A DNA stretch of 64,000 nucleotides from positions 26,784,001-26,848,000 of the forward strand of contig OX597838.1 in NCBI GenBank assembly GCA_951406725.2, given 5' to 3'. The position numbers and the translations under genes are program-made. The notes beneath the pieces are model-generated. The model saw only the letters and a list, made by a program, of their open reading frames with translations, was not told the DNA's origin and did not search any database. This document shows positions 24,905 through 38,424 of this stretch, piece after piece. Each line of letters starts with the position of its first letter. Position 1 is the first letter of the stretch. Origin of the DNA: Octopus vulgaris (Eukaryota).

Positions 24905-25315
24905 TGTGTGTGTGTGTGGTTGTCTGGTAAGAAGCTTGCTTCCCCACAATTTGGTTCTTAGTTCAGTCCCACTGTATGGCATGTTGGGCAAATGTCTTCT
25001 ACTATAGCCTCAGAATAACCAAAGCCTTAAGAGTGGATTTGGTAGATGGAAACTGAAAGAAGCCCATCATATATTTTTTACCTGTTTCTGTCATTAGACT
25101 GTGGCCATGTTGGGGCACCGCCTTGAGTGTGTATGTTTGTCCCCCATCACTGCTTGACAACTGTTATTGGTGTGTCTACATCCTGTAACTTAGCAATTCA
25201 GCAAAAAAGATCGACAGAACAAGAACAGGCCTTTACAAAAAAATGTAAGTACTGGGGTCAGTTCGTTCAACTAACATGGCCATAGTCTAAAGACTGGAAC
25301 AAGTAAAAGATACAG
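24905..25315 (+). mobile_element. Family B SINE with an antisense family B tail fragment at 25080-25125
   Basis: 5' half, then inverted TGTTTCTGTCATTAGACTGTGGCCATGTTGGGGCACCGCC, then 3' half. Confidence 0.8.
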
Positions 25316-25710
25316 GATATATATATATATATATATATCCCAGGACACTTAGAGTAGCAACTGGTGTTAGAAAGTGATTCCAGGCATAGAAACCAGGCAA
25401 AAACTGAGACACTGGAGAAAGATACAGTCTTCCAACCCATGCCAACATGGGAACACAGATGTAAACCGTTGATGTGTAAACATGGTGTGTGGTTAAAAAA
25501 TTTCTTTTGTTCTAAGCGAATAAGAATTCTTTACTTAGTGCTCAAAGGATCAAGTAAAATATATTCACCAATATAACAAAGTTCACAGTCGGATTGTCTC
25601 TCTATGTGGTAGCCATCACACAGAGCTGACACTAGTTTTACACCACAGCAAAAGTTTATGCAGCTTAGGGTGGTCTCTTAATTTTCATATCAGCACCCCT
25701 TACATGAAAG

Positions 25711-25744
<34 letters not shown>

Positions 25745-25747
<3 letters not shown>

Positions 25748-26095
25748 TGGCTGTGTAGTAAGAAGCTTGCTTTCCAACCACATGGTTCCAGGTTCAGTCC
25801 CACTGCATGACACCTTGGGTAAGTGTCTTCTGCATTAGTCTCAGGCCAACCAAAGTCCTGTGAGTGGAAATGGTAGGCGGAAACTGAAAGAAGCCTGTCA
25901 TATGTGTGTGTATGTGTGTTTATCTCCCAACACAGCTTGACAACCAGTGCAGGTGTGTTTACATCCCCATAACTTAGCAGATCAGTAAAGATACCGATAG
26001 AATAACTACCAGGCTTTAAAAAAAATAGTAATAAGTCCTGGGGTCAATTCACCAAGGTGGTGCCCCAACATGGCTACAGTGAACAAATAAAAGAA
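25745..26095 (+). mobile_element. CORE-like SINE, family B
   Basis: Head, internal (TG)n and 3' half all present. Confidence 0.85.
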
Positions 26096-27088
26096 TATAT
26101 ATATATGAACTGCTGCTTTGAAAAAATACATATATAAAGAGGTGCCCTAAAAAATGCTCCCTGGGGGCCAGCATCAGTGCCCCACTCATTTACCTACACT
26201 AATGCACTAGCTTAGCAACCGTGAAATTCCTCTTAGCTAAACATGAATGGGGCAAGCGAAAGGAGCACAGCTTGCTGCAACATGCTCCAGCCCACCCAGT
26301 TAGCACCACTCCATGCACGATCACCCCTAAGCAACTAAACACATACGTGTATATGTACTCCTACCAGAACACTTAAAGCCAACAAGAGAGCCTCCACATG
26401 GTTGTTCTATTTGCTAGAAATAGCAGCAGAAACCTCCCTCGAATCACACACATTAGTGAACTGGGAAAGAAAAGAACGCAGATAATGTTGTCCTTACATA
26501 TCCCTAAAATGACAGGATGGTCACAGCTGGAATGTCTTTGATCAAAGAACTGTCCTATCAGCATTCGTCTAGGACTAAATAATAACAACATCAACTACAC
26601 CATCCTAAGAACCTATAACTCCTATTCAGATCAGTCAAACCGAAGGAACATGTCACCACATTTGATGGTGGAGGTTCTCAACCATCTTCTTACCTATCGA
26701 CCCTTTTGATTACTATTTCATTCTGGTGGACACCCATAGCCATGTGATATCTGAAAACTAGTTTTATAGAAACTTCTTTCAAAATTCCTAATTTCTTTTT
26801 CACACATTCCCACTAGAGAAAGAAACCCAGCTGTTTCTTGCAATAAATACCAATACATACAACTATAGCAAAATTTCTTCAGAAGCCCTTAAAATAATAT
26901 CATGGACCCCAATTAACTATTTTGTTGTGTAGACCCCAAAAAATCTTATATGGACCCTCAGGGGCAATATGGACCACAATTGAAAACCACTGGTTTATAA
27001 GAACCATGAGCTTGTAAAAGACACCTTAATTTTTACAGACCCTTTCTTGAACCACTTTGATTTGTGTATCCCAGCTTTAGAATAGGAA

Positions 27089-27502
27089 TGTAGCAGCACA
27101 GGCATTCAGCGCCATATTGGATGAGCTCTCGTGGCAACCATTGCCATCTCCGAGACTGGAGTGAGACCTCACCTGCATCTATTTGCCATGTGCGAGATTA
27201 CAACGAGGCTAATGATGGCAAACTGTATTTCAGGGCAAAACAGAAACAGGTTCATTCTCTCTCTCCGCTTCTACGCAGCAGCACTTGCTGAGCACACTTC
27301 ACTGGCTGGGCCTGTCTGTATGTTGTGCCTCCAGAGGCAATGTGCCCGCACTAATGAAGATACAACTCCACGCACACAGCTTGAGATGGTTGCTGAGAGC
27401 ATCACACTTCACCTGTTCTCTGAAACTTGTAAATAAACCAGTTGTAAATTGCATTTGTACTTAAAGACTTCTTTCTTCACCAGCCGGAGCCTGAACTACA
27501 CA
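27089..27502 (+). mobile_element. Candidate solo LTR
   Basis: Begins TGTAG and ends CTACA(CA). GC-richer ~410-bp unique block with AATAAA at about 27432. Flanks AGGAA/AAGAA are a possible 5-bp TSD with one mismatch. Confidence 0.5.
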
Positions 27503-27566
27503 AAGAACAAGATATAATGGAGAAGGCAATACTTTCCCTTTATCGTATACCTTGCCTTCCATTATA

Positions 27567-27790
27567 TGTTTCTTTATTACCCAAAAGGGGCTAAACAGAG
27601 AGGGGACAAACAAGGACAGACAAGCGAACTAAGTCGATTACATCGATTCCAGTGCGTAACTGGCACTTAATTTAACGACCCCGAAAGGACGAAAGGCAAA
27701 GTCGACCTCGGGGGAATTTGAACTCAGAACGTAACGGCTACGCATTTCGCCCGGTGTGCTAACAGTTCTGCCAGCTTGCCGCCTTTACAG
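27567..27790 (-). mobile_element. SINE family A monomer
   Basis: Family A reverse complement; TTCCATTATA on both flanks. Confidence 0.88.
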
Positions 27791-28299
27791 TGTTCCATTA
27801 TAGGAACACAGTACCCTTGCATGTTGTACGAGGTGACTAAAAGGTTATGGCAATCAAAATGACATCTGGCTGTAAAATGTTATCTCAGAAAAGACCCATC
27901 CGATCCATACAAGTACAAAAGAGTAGATGTAAAGCACCAATGATTTTAGTACCATCATTTGCTAGTAACCTAAATCCTAATTTTCTGTTGTTTATGGGAT
28001 AGAGGATGGTCTTTTGGAATGTGCAGTTGATATATTGTCTAATATGGCATGTGCAAAAATAGTAGCAATGATACCAAAATGGGATGTACATCACCAATGG
28101 AGGGGACAGCAAATGTCTAGTTCTAATTGAGTTTGGCTTGCCCACTGTCACAATTTACAGACATAGATTCAAATTAGCAGGAAGCCTCTATGTAGATGCT
28201 CAACCTACTATGAATCATACAAATGGATCTGTGTTAAACTATATATATATATATATATATATCAATCATACACACATATTGTAAACTATGAATTTTACA

Positions 28300-28985
28300 C
28301 ACATCTGTGGAAAAGTGCATACTTTACAAACACCCGTCTGCGGTAAAGTGCAAACTTTACACACACACACACAGTGGTAAAGTGCAAACTTTACACACAC
28401 ACACACGTCTGTGGTAAAGTGCAAACTTTACATGCACACGCCTGTGGTAAAGTGCAAACTTTACACGCACACACCTGTGGTAAATTGCAAACTGTATACA
28501 CACATGCCTGTGGTAAAGTGCAAACTTCACACACACACACGTCTGTGGTAAAGTGCAAACTTTACACACACACGTTTGTGGTAAAGTACAAATTTTACAC
28601 ACACACACATCTGTGGTAAAATGCAAACTTTACACACATCTGTGGTAACTTTACATTACCACACAAACATGCATTGGTGGTAAATCTTATTCACAAACAT
28701 TTTTCTGTGGTAGATTTTACATAAACATTGGCAGTAAGTTTTTGCACATGCATCTCTGACAAAAATTATACATACACATTAATGGCAAACTACACATACA
28801 GCAGTAAATAAAATTTACACACACACATGCTCATCTGTGGTAAACATAATGCATTTCTATTTGTAGTAAACTTTACATGTGCATCTGTTGTAAACCTCTC
28901 TCTCTCTCACACACACAATGCACCTGCAATGAACTTTTATACACACAGCTGGAGTAATGGTTATACACAAATCTGTGGTAAGCTC
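28300..28985 (+). repeat. Minisatellite of ~33-36-bp palindromic units TGTGGTAAAGTGCAAACTTTAC(AC)n
   Basis: About 10 clear units at 28306-28640, decaying towards 28985. Confidence 0.92.
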
Positions 28986-29229
28986 ATCCTAGTATTTTGA
29001 CTCATTTACGCAAAAGAAATTCTACCATCTGTGTGTGTGTGTATGTGTGTGTGTGAATGTGTATACGTGTGTACGAGAGTGAATGTTTGTTTTTAAGTGT
29101 TTGTATGAACCCTTGCATACAGTGTGTTTGAGTGTGTGTCATTATTTAGGTGTGTATGTACAGATACTTGAGTCCCATTTGTGTGTATACATCTTTCTGA
29201 ACTTAAGTCATCATGTGTAAAAAAAATGT

Positions 29230-29274
<45 letters not shown>

Positions 29275-29667
29275 AGCCATGTTGCACATAGTGTGTGTGT
29301 GTGTGTGCATATATATATATATCTGTATTTACTAGGTTTCCATCTCTTCATGTAGAGATACTCCTGCATGATGGTGTGAATCTGTGTGTGTGTATGTGTA
29401 AATAAGTAAATATATATATATATATATATATATGCATGCATGTGTGGAGAGGCATACATTCGTATGCATGTACATATCTGTGTGTGATTCAGCGTGTCTC
29501 TGTGCCTTTTCGTTCATACGTAAGCATGAGTGCATGCGCTTATAACGATATTTCTATGTGAACGGTCATGTGCTGCGTTGTGTGCGAACATGCCGTGTCA
29601 GCCCGTACATTTTAACACGTTACTATGGCATCATGTGAGTGAGACCCCCCTCATACGAGCATATACG

Positions 29668-29718
<51 letters not shown>

Positions 29719-29867
29719 GTTTATATGAATGTGTGTGCACGCTTCTGTGTGTAGAAATGTGTCAGCATGTACAATTAACATGCTATTATGCATCATGTGA
29801 GAGAGACCCTTATATGAGGTTATGTATTTATGCGTAGATATGGGTTTATAATGGGAGAGTGTGTGTG

Positions 29868-29916
<49 letters not shown>

Positions 29917-30281
29917 CTGCGTGTAAGGCACTATTGTCTGATGGTTATCAGCAACAGTAGGAAGCCAGGTTTATAATTGGGGAGTTTGCAGTCAGTGAAG
30001 AGTAGACAGGGTTCAGTACACTACAATATTATTATTACACACACAAATATACACGTATATTACAGAAGAAGGTCCTTGTAATGAAGTGAGTGAAGGGAGG
30101 AGGGGGAAGAGTAGAGGATAAAGAGAGGAAAGGAGAGGGAGAGTGATAGTCGAGAGAAAGTGAAAGTGTTGGAGACAAACAAAAAGAGGAGGCAATGCAT
30201 AGAGAAAGTGAAACAAAAGGAGAGGGAGAAAGAGAAGAGCAGGGCGGAGGGGGCAAAGCGGAGAGATGGAGGAACAGAGAG

Positions 30282-30312
<31 letters not shown>

Positions 30313-30629
30313 GAGAGAGAGAGAGAGAGAGTGAGAGAAAGAGAGAGAGATTGTACAATATGTGGAAATCTTGCTTTGATGAAAGATAAAAAAGTAAAAT
30401 CCGAGAGAGAGAGAAACAAATTATTGTTTCATAATGAGAAATATATGAACACATGTACACACACACACACACACATTACTTTTTTAGCTGCTTTGGCTCT
30501 GTGGCCATGGTCATGCTGGAGCACACATACACTTTTATTAAAATGTATCTCTGCTTGTCTTTCAATCTCTTAAATCTATTTTTATCGATCTATGATTCTA
30601 TTTCAGAAAATGAATCAAAATGCATATAT

Positions 30630-31143
30630 ATCATCATCATCATTTAATGTCTGCTTTCTATGCTGGCATGGATTGGACGGTTTGATGGGAGCCGGCCAAA
30701 GTAGAAGACTACACCAGGCTGTTGTTTCTGGTTTGGCATGGTTTTAACGGCTGGATGCCCTTCCTAACACCAACCACTCCGCAGAGTGGATTCAATGTTT
30801 TTTACGTGGCACTAGCACAGGCGAGGTCAGTTTTGGCATGGTTTTTACAGCTGGACGCCCTTCCAAATGCCCACCACTTTACAGTGCAGACTGGATGCTT
30901 TTACGTGGTACCAGCACCAGCAGGATCACCAAGTAACTAACTGGTCACACAAATGGCACCCATGCCGGTGGCACATAAAAGCACCTATTACACTCTCGGA
31001 GTGGCTGACATTAGGAAGGGCATCCAGTTGTAGAAAACCATGCCAAATCTGACTCAAGTCTGTTGCAGCCTTCTAGCATGCCAACCCAGTCGAACCGTCC
31101 AACCCATGCCAGCATGGACAATGGACATTAAATGATAATGATG
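30630..31143. mobile_element. Family E head-to-head pair (foldback)
   Basis: CATCATCATTTAATGTC..ATGCTGGCATGG on the left and CCATGCCAGCATGG..GACATTAAATGATAATGATG on the right; CTGGATGCCCTTCCTAA and TTAGGAAGGGCATCCAG inside. Confidence 0.85.
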
Positions 31144-31401
31144 GTAACATAGTTATCTGTAAATTGATACACTAAAGTGTACCCTGAGGATTTATTGTGG
31201 TTGAGCATTGATATGCATTTTGGAATATCTGTTGTAGAGCACCAAACAACCATGATGGTGAAACAAGTGTAGGAACTTTAATATAAACTAGTGTTTGTTC
31301 TTATTTTTCCTGTATATATATATATATATACCGGAGTAAACACATAAATGTGAAACGAGGTGGGAAAAAGAGTACTCAAATACCAGGGGTAGAGTAATAT
31401 G

Positions 31402-31493
31402 CTTTATTTAAAAGCAGCAGAAATTCAACAAAACCTGTTACTCGGAGTTTCACATAACAGGTTTAGTTGAATTTCTGCTGCTTTTAAATAAAG
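31402..31493. repeat. Inverted repeat, 39-bp arms with a 14-nt loop
   Basis: CTTTATTTAAAAGCAGCAGAAATTCAACAAAACCTGTTA and its reverse complement, one mismatch. Confidence 0.95.
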
Positions 31494-31505
31494 TATATAT
31501 ATATA

Positions 31506-31669
31506 TAGGCGCAGGAGTGGCTGTGTGATAAGTAGCTTGCTTACCAACCACATGGTTCTGAGTTCATTCCCACTGCGTGACAGCTTTGGCAGGTGTCTTC
31601 TACTATAGCCTCGGGCCAACCAAAGCCTTGTGAGTGGATTTGGTAGACAGAAACTGAAAGAAACCCGTC

Positions 31670-31759
<90 letters not shown>

Positions 31760-31975
31760 ATGTGTGTATACGTTTGTGTGTCTGTGTTTGTCCCTCCACC
31801 ATTGCTTGACAGGCGATGCTGGTGTGTTTATGTCCCCGTAACTTAGCGGTTCAGCAAAAGAGACCGATAGAATAAGTACTAGGCTTACAAAGAATAAGTC
31901 CTGGGGTTGATTTGTTCGACTAAAAGGCGATGCTCCAGCATGACCACAGTCAAATGACTGAAACAAGTAAAAGAG
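31506..31975 (+). mobile_element. CORE-like SINE, family B, full length
   Basis: Head, ~70-bp internal (TA)n, 3' half and tail GAAACAAGTAAAAGAG. Confidence 0.92.
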
Positions 31976-31990
31976 TATATATATATATAT

Positions 31991-32636
31991 ATCATCATCA
32001 TCATCATCGTTTAGCGTCCGTTTTCCATGCTAGCATGGGTTGGACGGTTCTACTGGGGTCTGTGAAGCCAGAAGGCTTCATCAGGCCCAGTCAAATCTGG
32101 CAGTGTTTCTACGGCTGGATGCCCTTCCTAACGCCAACCACTCCGTGAGTGTAGTGGGTGCTTTTTACGTGCCACCCGCACTGGTGCCAGACAGAGCTGG
32201 CAAACGGCCACGAACGGATGGTGCTTTTTATGTGCCACCGGCACGAGGGCCAGGCGAGGCTGGCAACGGACACGAAACGGGGCGGTGCTGGCAACGGTCG
32301 CGAAACGGAAAGTTCTCTTACATGCCACCGGCACTGGTAACACATCTGCAATTTCCATTGATCGATTTCCATTGATCGATTTCGATTCTGATCCTCACTT
32401 GCCTCAACGGGTCTTCACAAGCAGAGTTTTGACATGCCACCGGCACTGGTAGCACATCCGCAATTTCCATTGATCGATTTTGATTCTGATCCTCACTTGC
32501 CTCAACACGTCCTCACAAGTAGAGTTTTGTGTCCCAAGAAGGGAAGGTATGCATACGTAGGCCGGCTCCATCCCATGTAGAAGGCCACGGGTTATGGACT
32601 CACTTGTCCTGCCGGGTCTTCTCGCGCACAATGATG
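31991..32636 (-). mobile_element. Family E retroelement, long copy with 5' region and internal duplications
   Basis: (CAT)n tail, CTGGATGCCCTTCCTAACGCCAACC, repeated TGCCACCGGCAC modules and a duplicated ~95-110-bp block. Confidence 0.85.
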
Positions 32637-32694
32637 ATATATATTTATATATATATAGACACACACACACATATACATATATAAAATAAAAAAT

Positions 32695-32938
32695 AAATGC
32701 CGCCCTTTTAAAGCCTAGCCAGGCTCATGGGCCTGGTTTCAATGGCGTATGTGTTCCCCAGCTGGATGGGACCCCAGTCCATCGCAGTGTTACTCATTTT
32801 TGCCAGCTGAGTGGACTGGAGCAACGTGAAATGAAGTGTTTTGCTCAAGAACACAACGCATCGCCCAGTACAGGAATCGAAACCGCAATCCTACAATCAT
32901 GATGCTGACACCCTAACCACTAAGCCACACACCTCCAC
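32695..32938 (-). mobile_element. tRNA-derived SINE with V/Meta-like domain (family D)
   Basis: Minus-strand head TGGCTTAGTGGTTAGG..GTTTCGATTCC, then GTTGTGTTCTTGAGCAAAACACTT..CTGCGATGGACTGG. Related copies at 35160-35545 and 45690-45800. Confidence 0.85.
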
Positions 32939-34619
32939 CACATATATATACACACATGCACATGTGTGTGTGTATGTGTTCTCACTTTTATACCTGGGTA
33001 ACTGAAAGTATGCATTAAGGGTACATCCTTCCAAGAATGCCGTAGGGCATATAATTTTTTTTTTATCTGTTCTTTTTAACTCCTAATTGGAAAATGAAGA
33101 ATGCTGTACACTCAAAGCTTCACCTACACACAAGCAATAGCAACAGACATTAAAAAAAAAATTTTCCTCATTAGGAAAATAACTCGTTTAGAGTAATTAT
33201 TTAAATTAGTAGAGAATTTCCAAAAAATGTTTTTCTCAGAAAATGAAAATAAAAAAATGTAAAAGCAAAATTATATTTAAGATTCTTTATATGTTTATTT
33301 ATATATTCTGTTTTTAAACTTTCCATTTATCATTATTATTCTTTTTCTTTCTTGCATATTTTTGAGCTTCTGAACTGGAGCAATTCTGAGAGAATCGATA
33401 TTCCTGGACCTAAAGAAGATTTTTATCTTTCAAAAGCAATTTACTCAAAAATATAATGAATTTATGCGATAATGTTTCTTGTAGGTATTTATTAATAAAC
33501 CTAGGTAAAGCTAGGGAGAGCTGTTTATATACATATATAGAGTTTCTCTCTCTCTCTATCTCTCTTTATACATAGTTAAGTACAGGCATATATGCTCATA
33601 TATACATAAATATATACTCGCTCATATACAGACACCCAGACACATATGTTTACATGCAGACAGGCATTGACAATCAAATATACATAAGGATGGCTATAAA
33701 TATACTCTTTAGATATATAGATATATACACACACACACACAGCACTTACATACGTAAATACATATACTTACTCATATATACATACAGACAGACATACAAA
33801 TTCATATATACATACAGATACATAAAGAGACACACACATATGTATATAGATATACTTATGTGCATAGATATTCACTCATATACACATGTATGCAAACATA
33901 CATATATGCATACATACATACATACATACACACACACACATACATGCACACACACACACACATACATGCACACACACACACATACATACATACACACATA
34001 TATACACACATACATACATACACACACATACATACTTACACACAGATACACACATACATACATACACACATACACACACACATACATACATACATACATA
34101 CATACATACGTAGACAGTCACTTATAACAACATCTGAAAACATCAATAAAGCCTTATCGTGTTATCATAAGCCCCCTACTGAGAAATGGAGGGACATCTC
34201 CCAGTTTATTAAAACTATCACTGATTAATGGCCATTGATGATGATGATGATGGTGATGATAACAGATGATGATGATGGTGATGATAATATAGTGATGGTA
34301 GCAGTGGAGACAATGATAATTATTAAAGTAACAGTGATGATGATGTGAAGGTGAGGATAATTATAAAGTGATGATGATGAGGAGGCTGAGGAGGAGGAAT
34401 GTAGAAATTGGTAGGATTCCCAGCAGAATCTGTAGAGCAACAAATGAAATGCGTTGCAATATCTAATAATTACATTGCCTCACATTCAGAGTTCAGTTCC
34501 CAGGGGAGTCAACCTTGCCTTAGATCCTCCTGGGGCTGATAAAATCAAATACCATTCAAGTGCTAGGGGGTTGGTTCAATATAACATACACACACACACA
34601 CGTGCATGCACACACACAC

Positions 34620-35700
34620 AAAATGTGTGGTCCCATACCAATGTCAGATCAGGTCAGGTACGTAGCTGCATTCACCATTTGTTGGTACATTCCTGGTTCC
34701 TCCTGGGTGACCTGTTGAACAGAATCCCATTCACTCCCCATCTTCATGAAATAACTCCTCTGCGGTGACCACTGTGTGATGAGTAGCTTGCTTACCAACC
34801 ACATGGTTCCGGGTTCAGTCCCATTGCGTGGCACCTTGGGCAAGTGTCTTCTACTATAGCCTCAGGCTGACCAAAGCCTTGTGAGTGGATTTGGTAGACG
34901 GAAACTGAAAGAAGCCTGTCATATATATGTATATATGTGTGTGTGCGTGTGTGTCTGTGTTTGTCCCCCCCAACATCGCTTGACAACCGATGCTGGTGTG
35001 TATATGTCCCTGTAACTTAGTAGTTCAGCAAAAGAGACCGATAGAATAAGTACTTGGCTTACAAAGAATAAGTCCTGGGGTTGATTTGCTCGACTAAAGG
35101 CAGTGCTCCAGCATGGCCACAATCAAATGACTGAAACAAGTAAAAGAGTAAGAGTTCTTGAGCCACACTGACTCATAGGGGCTGGTTTCCCGATTTCAAA
35201 GGGGTATAAGTCCTCCACCTGGACGGAACACTGGTCAGTCACAGGATTACTAATTTTTTCCATCTCAGTGGACTGGAGCAACATGCAGTGAAGTGTTTCG
35301 CTCAAGAACACGTGTTGCCCGGTCCAGGAATTGAAACCACAATCTTACAATCATGAGCCCAACACCCAAACAACTAAAAAGGTGAAGTTACATTCTCGAG
35401 CCATACCAACTCATGAGTGGGTTGGAGCAATGTGAAATGAAGTGTTTTGCTCAAGAACACAATGCACAGCCAGCCTGGAAATCGAAACCATAATCACATG
35501 ATCACGAGTCCAACACCCTAACCACTAAGCCATGTGCCTCCACACTGTGACCCTGTGGCACATGGTTGACCAACACAAGCAAACAACCCAACCAGATCCT
35601 CAGTGAAGAGGATATGGTAAGCAAGGTCTAACTTGGAAAATTGAGCAACACAGTCAAACAGTTTCAGATGGCGCTACCGAATCTTACCATTGCAAGATAT
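34620..35700 (-). mobile_element. RTE LINE 3' remnant split by SINE insertions (family B at 34770-35155, family D at 35160-35545)
   Basis: 34620-34770 and 35545-35700 resemble 926-1140 (CACCATTTGT; GTGGCAC.TGGTTGACCAACA; AGAGGATATG). Confidence 0.65.
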
Positions 35701-36565
35701 CATTTAAGTTATTGTTTTTCCCCACCTGTCCTCGCATTGTCTATCTGTCAGGATGTTTTATTGTTGTCTGTTGCATTCTTCTTCCATTTTTGGGGTTTGT
35801 ACATATATATATATATATATATGAGATGCAGCATGGAATTTTGTTAGTGAACAGGTCATGGTCTCAAAGCGACGAAATATTTTGACAAATTAAATTTAAA
35901 TGTTGAAGTGAATCTAACGGATTTTGTGTGTTTCTTAAATGGCTTATAAACACCTTCCACACTGCAATTGTTTTCATTCCAGCACATGATCTCAGATCAG
36001 GTCACTTGCTATGCAAGTACATCTCCACAAATATATATATATTTATGTGTGCAGGTTTGTGCTTATGTATGTCTCCCCTACCATTACTTGACAACTGATG
36101 CTGGTGTGTTTATGTCCCTGTAACTTAGCAGTTCGGCAAAAGAGTCTAAGAGAATAAGTAGTAGGCTTACAAAGAATATGTCTTGGGGTCGATTTCTTTA
36201 ACTAAAACCCTTTAAAGTGGGGAAAGAAAAAAGAAGCCCTAGTATATTAGACACTCTCTTATCACTCTTGCCATCACAATAGAGTGAAATAGTGTTCTTC
36301 GAACACAAAAGTCCTTTGTGATAATTGTTCTGCTCCAAGCTGCTAACACTCCCTTATCATTTTTCCTATCAGGAATTCAGCAAATCAGCAACTGGTTATA
36401 TTGGAAACTTGTAATCAATGATGTTATTGTTTGTAAATTGTGATATAAAATAAATAACTACAGAAAGAAAGAAGTATTTATGTCAAATTAATTAACTGTA
36501 TTCTGCCTTATTTATCCTTTCCCTATCACCATCTAAAACTGCAGCCTTATCATGCCAATGCTAGA

Positions 36566-36604
<39 letters not shown>

Positions 36605-36714
36605 CAGCATCATCATTATACATTTTTCATAAAGATGCTCATCTCTTTAGTAGTTATTAAAGTGATGCATCCCCAGGGATACATATGTGTGTGTATACAT
36701 ACAACACATAATAT

Positions 36715-36995
36715 GTGCATACACACACACATACATACACACACATACATACATACACAAAAATACATACACACACATATACATACAAGTACACACATAT
36801 ATACACATACATACATACACATATACATACACACACATATGCACACATACACAAATATATACATACACATATATACATACATACGCACTCTCACACACAC
36901 ATATACACATATATACATACATACACACATACACATATATACACACATACACATATATACACACATACATACATACGCACACTCTCACACACATA
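36715..36995. repeat. CA/TA compound microsatellite
   Basis: Directly visible. Confidence 0.95.
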
Positions 36996-37257
36996 TAGAA
37001 ATGAATGTTTTTGTAAATTATCTTTATTAACAACAACAACAATGATAATATAATTGCATCTTCATTCTTTTTTATTTGTTTTATGCATTTATTGTTTATT
37101 TAAGTTTCCTCTTTAAGTGATTCCCTTAGTAGCCACAAGAGGGGAGCCTTTGAAACGGGGGAGGAGGTGGTGTGGAGGGGAGGGGTTTGAAATACTGGAG
37201 GGTTGGTTGATAAAGGCAAAATTAATCTGCAAATCTAAGTGATGATGATGATAATAA

Positions 37258-37303
<46 letters not shown>

Positions 37304-37504
37304 GTAGTAGTCCTTTCTAGTATAGGTGCAAGGCCTGAAATTTTGTAGGGGAGAGGTTTGATAATACTAATGATGATGATGATGGTGATGATTTTCTATT
37401 TGCCACAAGGGCATCAATAAGAGGGACATTACAAACAATAACAACAATAAAATGAGAAATTATTATTATTTTTAGGAGTAGTAGTAGTAGTGGTGGTGGC
37501 TGCT

Positions 37505-37535
<31 letters not shown>

Positions 37536-38054
37536 TAGCAGTAGTAGTGGTGGCGGTAGTAGTAGTAGTAGTAGTAGTAGGTAGTAGTAGTAGTAGTAGT
37601 AGTAGTTAGAAGGAAGAGGGGTATATGTTCAGGATGAAGTATAAGTTAAGGGTGGGTGAATGGAGAAAGAAATAACAATGGTGGAGGGGGGTGATGATGG
37701 TAGTGGTGATGGTGATAGTCCTGGTGTCGAGGGGGTGGGTGACGGGGGTGGGGGGGGAACTCACTGATTGAGACAAGATAAGGACAGATAATTCTTGGGT
37801 AAAGCAAACCAACCTACTGACTGATATGTTTGTATTCCTTCTTCATCACCAACACCACCACCACCACTACCAATCTGTTCCATCAATATTTCATGCTTAA
37901 ACTGAACCCTAACCCAAACCCCTCCACCCCACCCCACACCCCGACGCCTGTATCTATGAACAGAACCCTCCAATGTTTATTTTTGTTTTGCATTTTTTTT
38001 TTTCAAACTAAGGGGTTTGAAGTGGAAGTAAAATGATTAACGAAATATACACAA

Positions 38055-38256
38055 ACTAATATGGTGTATTTATATACACACACACACACACACATATATA
38101 TATACACACATATGGTGTATTTATACATATATATATACACACACACACATATATATATATATATACATGTATACATATGGTGTATTTTATATATATATAT
38201 ATATACACGCACACATATATATATGGTGTATTAATATATACATATAAATATGTATG

Positions 38257-38287
<31 letters not shown>

Positions 38288-38386
38288 TATATATATACAC
38301 ATGTATACATATGGTGTATTTATATATATATATATATATACACGCACACATATATATGGTGTATTAATATATACATATACGTATGC

Positions 38387-38424
<38 letters not shown>

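Noticed and set aside
28374-28619. C2H2 zinc-finger gene (CGK..H..H repeats)
   Set aside because: Only one Cys per ~11-aa unit, no TGEKP linker, and the frame shifts with CA-tract length; it is a minisatellite.
28300-28660. CRISPR array
   Set aside because: Spacers are short (CA)n tracts rather than unique sequences, there are no cas genes, and the context is eukaryotic.
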